This document shows, one piece after another, positions 1 through 7,418 of a stretch of 20,000 nt of DNA (position 1 is its first letter; each line of letters opens with the position of its first letter). Below the pieces are notes generated by a model, which ran no database searches, was not told the origin of the DNA, and saw only the letters and a list, made by a program, of their open reading frames with translations. The translations under genes and the position numbers were made by a program. The DNA comes from Limisphaerales bacterium (lineage in GTDB: Bacteria > Verrucomicrobiota > Verrucomicrobiia > Limisphaerales > SIBE01), in the NCBI GenBank assembly GCA_044225505.1, contig JBGAIN010000022.1, forward strand, positions 55,227-75,226, given 5' to 3'.

Positions 1-1
1 G

Positions 2-811
2 GGCATTCTCTATTGGATGGACGGGGAACCTGACAATGCCCGCGCCTGCTTTCGCAGTGGACAATTACAGGATGCCGATGCCGAAAACCGGCAGTACGCA
101 GCGGACTATGTACTGCTCGACTACCTGGACGGTTTCGCCACGGCCAAGCTCGGTGGAGACGGTTCCGACGCTCTCAAGCGCGCGGCTGCCGAAAGTCATT
201 TTGGAAATCCACCCCCCTATGATGCCCGGGCCAATGTGCTCTTCTTCGTCGAGTTCGGCAACGGCCCGACCAAGTACGCCACTGGCGAATATAACGAAGA
301 GCTCCGTTTCATTCCGGGCACATCCGTGGCCCAATCCGTTTCCGTCAAGATCGATGGCGGTCAGACCCTTGGCTTGCGGCCTTACGACGACTTGACTTTC
401 CAAGCCACCACCCGTGGCGGACGAGTCATGGACCATATTCTGGCGAACAAGGCCGTCTTCAAAAGCACGACCGACGCGGTCGGAAACGCAGGGCTGATTG
501 GCGGCCTAGTCGTGGCGGGCACGTCGCGCGATCGAACAGCGCAGGAGGTCGGACTGGGCCTGGCTGCCGCCGGGTTAGTAAGTAAGATCTTCTCCGCCGT
601 CACGACGCCGGCGGCCGACACGCGCTCTTGGGATAATCTCCCCCAGTTCTTAAGCTTCGCCGCGGTGCAATTGACGCCCGGACCGCATTCCGCGACGATC
701 GAATTTTTGGATGTGTCCGGCCGTCCTCTCTCCGGATTGACGCGAAACGTCACGATTAATGTTGTGCCCAACCGGGAAGCCGTGGTCTTCGTGAGCGACC
801 GCGCTTCCTAG
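2..811 (+). CDS. COG3014-like (TPR lipoprotein family) protein, 5'-truncated by the window edge
   Basis: The frame is open from position 2 (GILYWMDGEPDNARACF...). The C-terminal part has the 'ADTRSWDNLP' motif typical of COG3014 proteins after a Gly/Ala-rich hydrophobic segment. It lies directly upstream of a YcfL-like gene, the usual context for this family. Confidence 0.6.
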   Translation, partial: GILYWMDGEPDNARACFRSGQLQDADAENRQYAADYVLLDYLDGFATAKLGGDGSDALKRAAAESHFGNPPPYDARANVLFFVEFGNGPTKYATGEYNEELRFIPGTSVAQSVSVKIDGGQTLGLRPYDDLTFQATTRGGRVMDHILANKAVFKSTTDAVGNAGLIGGLVVAGTSRDRTAQEVGLGLAAAGLVSKIFSAVTTPAADTRSWDNLPQFLSFAAVQLTPGPHSATIEFLDVSGRPLSGLTRNVTINVVPNREAVVFVSDRAS

Positions 812-818
812 ATCTCCT

Positions 819-1232
819 ATGAAAAACTCTATTCTTTGCCTGGCCGCTATTCTGTCGGTGGTGCCGTTGCTTGGTGGTTGCCAAACGGGCGGGGCTAAAG
901 CCCCGGTGAACACCGTCAAATATAACTACGAAACCACCGCGAAGTTCGCGCTCATGGATTCGCGAGCGCAACGCTCGGTGACCTGCACCGGGTTGCAGGA
1001 ACGAAAATCAGAAGACGGACGACTGGAGGTCGCTGCGAACTTGCGCAACCGCGAGAATCGACGCATCGAAGTCCAAGCCCAATGTCTGTTCAAGGATCCT
1101 CAAGGATTCGCCCTGGATGAAACCCCTTGGCAAACCGTTATTCTGACCGAGAATGGTCAAGAGACGATTCGGTTCACCGCCATGAATAACAAGGCGACGG
1201 ATTACGAAGTGCGAGTCCGTTCCAGTCGTTAG
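819..1232 (+). CDS. YcfL/DUF1425-family lipoprotein
   Basis: Signal peptide with lipobox (LLGG-C), 137 aa. 'LEVAANLRNRENRRIEVQAQCLFKDPQGF...PWQTVIL' matches the YcfL Ig-like pattern. Confidence 0.75.
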   Translation: MKNSILCLAAILSVVPLLGGCQTGGAKAPVNTVKYNYETTAKFALMDSRAQRSVTCTGLQERKSEDGRLEVAANLRNRENRRIEVQAQCLFKDPQGFALDETPWQTVILTENGQETIRFTAMNNKATDYEVRVRSSR

Positions 1233-1263
1233 GCGGCGCCCAGCCCGGGTCGAGAAAGGAAGT

Positions 1264-2145
1264 ATGAAACGGAGCTTTGTATTCGCTTTTGCTGGATGGG
1301 TCTCGCTGGCGTGCGCCCAGGCCCAAACCCAGACCCAAGTTTCTGCAACACCCCCGGTCTATCCGGCCGTCCGTCCAGTTCCCACCCCGGTTCCCCTGTA
1401 TGTTTACGATCAAAAGCCGGTCGCAGGTCGACCGTATTTGGTCGCTCCGGAACAGGCCCAGTCGATCATCAACCGATTCAAGGAAGAGTACAAGAAGCTG
1501 GGCAGCCCTCGGGTCGTCATTTACGTCAATCGCGAACTGGTGGATGAGACCGCGGGCCTGAAGCTTTCCTCCCACAAACAGGTCGTGGAAACGACCCGCG
1601 TCTTGGGTGACACCAACACCCCCGCGACCCTTAGCCCGCGCCTGACCGAACGGGCTTCCAGCACGAATATCTATCGCGTTCGCGAACGGAAGGAGACTCC
1701 CCTGGCCGACCGACAGACCGTGCGCGATGTCGAAAGGCTCTTTGCTCGTCCTCTCCGTATGGCCGGCGTGCACGTGGCCGATCAACGCATCGCCACCCAG
1801 CTAATCGGCGGGAAGGTCGGCGACGGATTTAGCGTCGAGCCCGACAGTGATCAATCCCGACGGGAACGCGAGGCCGTGGCCAAGATTGCCGATGTCGTCC
1901 TGGAAGTACTAGTTTCTTCCAAGGATGTGCCCGTCGCGGAACTCTCGGGTGATCGGACGTATAGCGCTCCGGACATCCAAGTGACCGCCATCCGTTTGGC
2001 CGATTCCAAAATCCTCGGCCAAGCTACGGCCGCCGACTTGATCGGGCAAGGGGCCAGCGCAGGACGTTCCATGCGGACCTTTGGCGTGCGCGAGATTGCA
2101 GAAGCCACCGCGCTATCGCTTATGGAAGACATGATGTTGCAGTAG
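1264..2145 (+). CDS. Secreted hypothetical protein, possibly CsgG/LpoB-like alpha/beta fold
   Basis: AAAGGAAG RBS, signal peptide and Pro-rich linker, then 'PRVVIYVN...ADVVLEVLV...IQVTAIRLADSKILGQA'. It occupies the LpoB position in COG3014-YcfL operons. The fold assignment is inference. Confidence 0.6.
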   Translation: MKRSFVFAFAGWVSLACAQAQTQTQVSATPPVYPAVRPVPTPVPLYVYDQKPVAGRPYLVAPEQAQSIINRFKEEYKKLGSPRVVIYVNRELVDETAGLKLSSHKQVVETTRVLGDTNTPATLSPRLTERASSTNIYRVRERKETPLADRQTVRDVERLFARPLRMAGVHVADQRIATQLIGGKVGDGFSVEPDSDQSRREREAVAKIADVVLEVLVSSKDVPVAELSGDRTYSAPDIQVTAIRLADSKILGQATAADLIGQGASAGRSMRTFGVREIAEATALSLMEDMMLQ

Positions 2146-2225
2146 GAGTTGTCGTTTCCGACGGACAAATCTCGGGCCTCTCGGCTGGTGACAATTGGCT
2201 AATGCCATTCGGTAATTCTGGGCAA

Positions 2226-2475
2226 GTCCCGGAAGGGACAGAATGAGAGAAGCCCGGTCGCTTTAGCGCCGGGTGCTCAAGTGAGAGGGCCCAAGCCCCG
2301 GAGGGGCGGCTGAGTGCGGCGAGAAAGGGCGTTTGGGTTCTACGACCTTGTGATCCGCTTAATCTCCGGTTCTTCCGTTCAATGCCACGTCCTCGGCCGT
2401 CCCGTCGGGACTTGGAATCGCCCCATTCGACCTCGCCGTTGAAACGCCGAGCTATCTTGGGTGGCCCTTCGGGAC
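2226..2475. repeat. Inverted REP doublet (REPIN/BIME-like) of two ~88-bp arms, each with three hairpins
   Basis: Left arm 2226-2314: GTCCCggaaGGGAC, CCCGGtcgctttagcgCCGGG, GCCCCggaGGGGC. Right arm 2391-2475: GTCCCgtcGGGAC, CTCGccgttgaaacgcCGAG, GGCCCttcGGGAC. The reverse complement of the right arm aligns hairpin by hairpin with the left arm. Confidence 0.8.
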
Positions 2476-2497
2476 GGCACGGGATCACATCGCTTAA

Positions 2498-2513
2498 GGT
2501 GACAATTGTCACC
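2498..2513. promoter_or_regulatory. Perfect 16-bp palindrome GGTGACAATTGTCACC, candidate protein-binding site
   Basis: Read directly. A partial copy GGTGACAATTG is at 2187-2197 and a 15/16 copy at 18699-18714. Confidence 0.6.
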
Positions 2514-2642
2514 AAAAGTTATAAAGTGTTTCACATCAGTCGTTTGAGGATTTTTTTGAAGGAATCCAAAATCGATCTGTGACCGCTTTCCGACGCTCGG
2601 TCTTGTGCTGATCTTATCTCGTTCTGCCGTTCTTCGTTCGCT

Positions 2643-2735
2643 TTATACTCGGATATAACACGGAGATAACAGGGATTTAACTCGGATTTGGTCCGTGTTA
2701 TTTCCGTATTAATGCCCTGCATATACCGTGTTAAA
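2643..2735. repeat. Head-to-head array of 11-bp repeats (4 direct + 5-bp spacer + 4 inverted), consensus WWTAACACGGA
   Basis: Direct units TTATACTCGGA, TATAACACGGA, GATAACAGGGA, TTTAACTCGGA (2643-2686), then TTTGG, then inverted units TCCGTGTTATT, TCCGTATTAAT, GCCCTGCATAT, ACCGTGTTAAA (2692-2735). Confidence 0.85.
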
Positions 2736-2907
2736 AACGGATGAACTCCCATCGAGGGTCGTACCCTCGGTGTTGAATGGTTGGGACAAGAGAAACAGTT
2801 CGGCGCCAGATCGACGGTGATCAGGCCCATAAGATTTACGCAAGGAGTCCAGTGCGGTGCTTGCCGCGTGGCTTGGGATGTGCTCTTATTTCGTCAGATC
2901 TTAGATT

Positions 2908-3264
2908 ATGCCGACTTACGAATACGTCTGTCAGAAGTGCAATCATCAATTTGAGTTTTTTCAGTCGATCAGTGACAACGCGTTGACGGTCTGTCCCAAG
3001 GAGCGATGTGCTCGTCAGCCTTGGGGAAAAGGAAAGGTCAAACGTCAGATTGGCGCGGGCGCAGGGCTGATCTTTAAGGGCAGTGGCTTTTATATTACCG
3101 ATTACCGGAGCAAAGAGTACAAGGAAGCGGCCAAGAAAGAGGGTTCCGCCTCGACGGCCAGTTCTTCCTCGAGCTCCAGCGAGTCAAAGCCAGCGGCGGC
3201 CCCCGCCAAGAGCGACTCGAAACCGGCACCCAAACCGAGTTCGGGCTCCAAATCGAAAGATTGA
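2908..3264 (+). CDS. FmdB-family zinc ribbon (putative regulatory) protein
   Basis: 'MPTYEYVCQKCNHQFEFFQS...CPKERC...IFKGSGFYITDY' is the canonical family signature, followed by a Ser/Lys/Ala/Pro low-complexity tail. Confidence 0.92.
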   Translation: MPTYEYVCQKCNHQFEFFQSISDNALTVCPKERCARQPWGKGKVKRQIGAGAGLIFKGSGFYITDYRSKEYKEAAKKEGSASTASSSSSSSESKPAAAPAKSDSKPAPKPSSGSKSKD

Positions 3265-4639
3265 ACGACGGACTTGGACCTATGAACCGGCGCTTTGGAA
3301 TTGGTCGAGGTCCAGCAACTTGGGTGGCGTGGAGTTGCTTGCTGGCCCTGAGTTTGTGCCACAGCACGAGGGCCGCGCTCAAGCTCCCGCCTGTCCGCCA
3401 GTCCGAACAGTTTACTGTGGTCGACGCGCGGACGGTGGCGAGCAGCTTTCCGGGTCGATTGAAGGGGCCGAACGGAGAAGAGTTGGTGCTCCTGGACGCG
3501 GATGTGCTGCTCTTATCGGCGGAACGGATTAAAGACAGTCTTTGGAAGGAACTTCACGCCTCGACAGACGGTGCGGGCAAGATCCGGCTGGCTCTTTATC
3601 CAGCGCTCAAAGGGAGGCAGGAGATCGCCTTGATTTCGAGCTTCTCGCCGTCGGGCTGGGATTATCGGCTCGATGTGCCCGATCAGGTCTCGGAAACTAC
3701 TTTGGCCAAAGGGTTGGTGCAGGCGCTGCTCTTGGAGTATGCCAATCGCGGGCAAGGGCCAAAGTCGGCCGATCTGCCGATGTGGTTGGTCGAGGGATTG
3801 ACGTGGCACCTGGCGTCGGTTTCGAGGCAGGAGCTGATTGTCAGTTCGGTCCCGCTCGGCTCGATGTTCCGCGTCGTGCGTGAGCATAAAGGGATCGATC
3901 CGCTGCATTCGGTGCGGCAGACGCTCCGCGCGGCCCCGCTTGTTTCGTTTTCCGATTTGGCTTATCCCAAACCGGAGCGTGTAACGGGGGAAAATCTTAA
4001 AGTCTACGAGGCATCCGCTCAGTTGTTCGTTTACGAACTGCTGCACGCGAAAGATGGGGCTGCCAAACTGTTGCGCACCCTCCGGGAGCTGCCGACCTGC
4101 TGGAATTGGGAAACCGCGTTGCTCCGGGGATTCGCCGCGGATTTCCACCGCATTCTTGACGTGGAGAAGAAATGGTCCGTCGACCTGCTGGCTTTCACGG
4201 CCCGAGATCCGGCTCAGGTTTGGTCGAAGGTGGAATGTCTCAAGCAGTTGGACGAGATCTTATCGGTGCCAGCGCAGATTCGGCTGGCGTCAGATCGGTT
4301 GCCGGAGCGTCGGACGCTAACCTTGCAGGAAGTGCTTACCAAGTGGGAGCCCGCGGCGCAGACCTCGGTGCTTCGTCAGAAACTTGCGCTTCTTGAAGTC
4401 TTGCGATTCCACGCGACGCCCGACGTGGTGAACGTGGTGGAAGGGTATCATAAAACGTTGTTCGCGTATCTTCAAAAGAGGCAAACAGCGGCGCGGACCC
4501 TGAGACTCGGATGCAAACGACCCTGAGTTTGAGCATGATTGCCCAGGAGACGATTCGAGAGCTCGAACAGCTCGATCGGCAACGGAGCGCCCTGTTGCCA
4601 GAATCGGTTGTTTCAGGTGCTTCCCCTATAACTCCCTAA
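3261..4639 (+). CDS. Secreted hypothetical protein with degenerate gluzincin (peptidase MA-like) region; apparent 1-bp frameshift near the 3' end
   Basis: ORF 3261-4526 (TTG overlapping the upstream TGA; alternative ATG at 3282) has a signal peptide and 'LPMWLVEGL'. A protein-like helical continuation (ETRMQTTLSLSMIAQETIRELEQLDRQRSALL...) runs in the -1 frame to TAA at 4637-4639. Confidence 0.65.
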
Positions 4640-4675
4640 CGCAGAACCGCATCGGGTTTCACGGGGTGCCGTTCC

Positions 4676-4703
4676 TTGACAGCGGCGCTGCCCAAAATAT
4701 AGT
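4676..4703 (+). promoter_or_regulatory. Sigma70-type promoter of kamA, probably leaderless
   Basis: TTGACA (4676-4681), 16-bp spacer, TATAGT (4698-4703). The ATG lies 8 nt downstream and there is no Shine-Dalgarno sequence. Confidence 0.65.
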
Positions 4704-4711
4704 TCGGCGTC

Positions 4712-5950
4712 ATGTTAAACGACTCTTCTGCAGGTTCAAGCGAGGAGCCGCCATCATCAGGCCGGCTCCAATCCCTCAAACAATTCTTTTCCCCTGGGCG
4801 TGGGTTTTGGTCGGATGTGTCCGATCAGGAATGGAACGATTGGCGGTGGCAGTTGAAGCACCGTATCGTTTCGGTGAGCCAGTTGGAACGTTTAATGCCA
4901 ACGTTGAGCCCGGAAGAAAGGGCTGGAACGGTGCTTGCCAACTCGAAACTGGCCTTAGCTATTACTCCTTACTTTTTTAACCTCATTGATCCGACCGACG
5001 AGAATTGCCCAATTCGGCGGCAAGTCATACCTCGGATCGAAGAGACTCAGACAGCGACTTGGGAAATGAGCGATCCCTGCGGGGAGGACAGCCATTCTCC
5101 AGTCCCCGGTTTGGTCCACCGGTATCCAGATCGTGTTTTGTTCCTGGTGACCGACCGCTGCGCTGCTTATTGCCGCTATTGCACCCGATCCCGACTGGTG
5201 AGCAATGCGAGTGGTTATGACTTTCATCCTGAGTTCCAACGTCAAATCGAATACATCCGAAGGACACCGTCGATTCGCGACGTGCTCTTAAGCGGCGGCG
5301 ACCCGCTCCTGTTGAGCGACGACAAATTGGAACATTTGCTCCGCGAGCTCCGATCGATCCCCCATGTGGAGTTTCTCCGCATCGGATCGCGCATTCCGAT
5401 CTTCCTGCCGCAGCGGATTACTCCAGCGCTGTGCGCCATGCTCAAGAAGTATCATCCGCTCTTTATGAGCGTGCACTCGAATCATCCCCGTGAACTGACC
5501 ATCGAAGTCCGGGAAGCGCTCGGCCGTTTGGCAGATTCGGGGATTCCGCTGGGGAATCAGTCGGTGTTGCTCCGGGACGTCAATGACGACGTCGTCGTGA
5601 TGAAGGCGCTGGTGCAGAAGCTCCTGATCTGCCGGGTGCGGCCGTACTATGTTTACCAATGCGATTTGATCGCAGGCTCGGCCCATCTCCGCGCGAGCGT
5701 CCGTCAAGGGTTGAAAGTGATGGAAGGTTTGCGCGGTCACACCACAGGTTATGCGGTGCCGCAATATGTCATCGATGCCCCCGGTGGCGGCGGCAAGGTG
5801 CCTGTCAATCCAGACTACGTGCTGAGCCGCAACGCCGATCGCGTTGTAATCCGAAACTTCGAAGGCAAGATTTTCGAATACCCAGAGGCGGTCGACGGGA
5901 CTCCGCTCGTGGCGGCGCCGTCGCAGATCGAAGAGCCTGAGTTGGTATAG
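4712..5950 (+). CDS. kamA: KamA-family radical SAM enzyme (lysine 2,3-aminomutase-like)
   Basis: 'WNDWRWQL', 'GLVHRYPDRVL', the CxxxCxxC motif (CAAYCRYC), 'SGGDPL', 'NQSVLL', PLP-lysine motif 'DAPGGGGK', and the C-terminal 'IRNFEG...YPE' segment. Confidence 0.92.
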   Translation: MLNDSSAGSSEEPPSSGRLQSLKQFFSPGRGFWSDVSDQEWNDWRWQLKHRIVSVSQLERLMPTLSPEERAGTVLANSKLALAITPYFFNLIDPTDENCPIRRQVIPRIEETQTATWEMSDPCGEDSHSPVPGLVHRYPDRVLFLVTDRCAAYCRYCTRSRLVSNASGYDFHPEFQRQIEYIRRTPSIRDVLLSGGDPLLLSDDKLEHLLRELRSIPHVEFLRIGSRIPIFLPQRITPALCAMLKKYHPLFMSVHSNHPRELTIEVREALGRLADSGIPLGNQSVLLRDVNDDVVVMKALVQKLLICRVRPYYVYQCDLIAGSAHLRASVRQGLKVMEGLRGHTTGYAVPQYVIDAPGGGGKVPVNPDYVLSRNADRVVIRNFEGKIFEYPEAVDGTPLVAAPSQIEEPELV

Positions 5951-5984
5951 GCTGCGAGGAGCCGCCGCACTGCCACGGGCCCCC

Positions 5985-6686
5985 ATGCCTCGAGAATCTC
6001 TTGCTCAGAAACGAGAGCGCACCGGCCGGATTGTCTCCGGCCTGCGACGTGCCTATCCCGAGGCGCATTGTGAGTTGGTGCACACCAGTCCGTTGGAGCT
6101 TTTGGTCGCGACGATCCTCTCAGCGCAGTCCACAGACAAACAAGTGAACGTGGTGACAGCGGATTTGTTTACCAAGTACCCATCCGCCCAGGCTTATGCC
6201 AACGCTGATCTAGAAGCGCTGCAACGCGACATCCAACGGCTCGGCTTCTTTCGTAACAAAGCCAAAAGCATCAAAGCGTGCGCCCAGGCGTTAGTGGCGC
6301 ATCATGGCGGGGAAGTGCCACGCACCATTGAGGCGCTGACCGAGTTGGCCGGCGTAGGACGCAAAACCGCCAATGTCGTGCTCGGAAACGCGTTTGGCAT
6401 CAATTCGGGGATCGTGGTGGATACTCACGTGACGCGCTTGTCGCAGCGCCTTGGCCTGACCGGGCAGAGCGATCCTGTGAAGATAGAACAGGACTTGGTC
6501 CCACTCGTTCCGCAGCCTGACTGGACGCTGTTCAGTCATCTTCTCATTTGGCATGGGCGTCGCCGCTGTTTCGCGCGCAAGCCAGATTGCCCGAGTTGTG
6601 AAGTGCAAGTAGATTGTCCTTCGGCAGGCAAGGCCAACCGCGCTCCGAAGCAGGGGGTAAGCGCTGCGCCGTTGCGGACTGCCTGA
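5985..6686 (+). CDS. nth: Endonuclease III
   Basis: 'LLVATILSAQSTD', HhH motif 'LAGVGRKTANVVL', 'VDTHV', and 4Fe-4S motif 'CFARKPDCPSC...CP'. Confidence 0.96.
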   Translation: MPRESLAQKRERTGRIVSGLRRAYPEAHCELVHTSPLELLVATILSAQSTDKQVNVVTADLFTKYPSAQAYANADLEALQRDIQRLGFFRNKAKSIKACAQALVAHHGGEVPRTIEALTELAGVGRKTANVVLGNAFGINSGIVVDTHVTRLSQRLGLTGQSDPVKIEQDLVPLVPQPDWTLFSHLLIWHGRRRCFARKPDCPSCEVQVDCPSAGKANRAPKQGVSAAPLRTA

Positions 6687-6708
6687 GCTGGAGGGCGGAT
6701 CGAGAGTC

Positions 6709-7395
6709 ATGGCGCAAACCTGGTTGGTTCTAAAATCTGACAGCAGTCCGGCAGCTTGGAATATGGCCGTCGATGAGGCCTTGCTGGAGTTTGCTTCCCA
6801 TGGCGCTGCGCCGCTCTTGCGGTTTTATGGCTGGACGGAACCGGCAGCGACGTTTGGTTACTCGCAGCACTACGCGGAAGTCGCGAGCTGGACTCAGTTG
6901 CGCCCGCTTGTTCGCCGCCCGACCGGCGGCGGGCTGGTGCCGCATGACGCCGATTGGACCTATAGTCTGATCGTCCCACCACAACATGCCTGGTATCGAC
7001 AAAAGGCCGTCGACACCTATTGCCGAGTCCACCAATGGATTCAGCAATCGTTCCAGTCTTTAGGCGTGCGCACGACCCTCGCCGCCTCACCGCACAAACC
7101 AGCCCCAGGCCAGTGCTTTATTGGAGCGGAACAGTTCGACCTGCTCCTCGCGGGTGCGAAGATTGCCGGCGCGGCGCAACGGCGCAACCGACAAGGGTTG
7201 CTCGTGCAAGGCTCGGTTCAGGCCGCCGCCAGCGGCTGCGAGCGCGCAGCTTGGGAAAACGCGATGCGCGTGGGCGGGCCGCCTGGCGAAGAGGTTCGCT
7301 GGGAAGAGTTCGCGTTGTCTCCGGAGCTGGTCGCGAGAGCCACCGCGCTGGCGGGGGAAAAGTACTCCCAGGCGACCCATAACGAACGCCGGTGA
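6709..7395 (+). CDS. Lipoate-protein ligase A family (BPL/LplA/LipB catalytic domain, LipM-like single domain)
   Basis: 'NMAVDEALL', 'LRFYGW', 'VRRPTGGG', 'KIAGAAQRR', 'QGS'; GGAGG RBS upstream. Confidence 0.88.
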   Translation: MAQTWLVLKSDSSPAAWNMAVDEALLEFASHGAAPLLRFYGWTEPAATFGYSQHYAEVASWTQLRPLVRRPTGGGLVPHDADWTYSLIVPPQHAWYRQKAVDTYCRVHQWIQQSFQSLGVRTTLAASPHKPAPGQCFIGAEQFDLLLAGAKIAGAAQRRNRQGLLVQGSVQAAASGCERAAWENAMRVGGPPGEEVRWEEFALSPELVARATALAGEKYSQATHNERR

Positions 7396-7418
7396 TCGAT
7401 TGGCAGGAGATCGCTGGC

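Noticed and set aside
1228..1234. GTTAGGC attC core after the YcfL-like gene
   Set aside because: It is simply the last codon plus the TAG stop, with no complementary left arm.
2519..2548. dif/Xer-like site (TAAAGTGTTT-cacat-CAGTCGTTTG; similar TAAAGCGCTG..AAGCTTTA at 18563)
   Set aside because: The arms are too poorly symmetric and do not match the XerD arm TTATGTTAAAT; cannot be supported by eye.
2643..2735. CRISPR array
   Set aside because: Units are 11 bp, abutting, have no unique spacers and switch orientation; there are no cas genes.
2490..2745. Chromosomal replication origin (AT-rich with repeats)
   Set aside because: No TTATCCACA-type DnaA boxes and no dnaA/dnaN/rep gene nearby. 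The TCCACA in the 18785 palindrome is also only a partial match.
2120..2986. Short ORFs 2120-2515(-), 2382-2582(+), 2531-2830(-), 2777-2986(+)
   Set aside because: They translate REP hairpins and 11-bp repeats and show no protein-like composition or family motifs.
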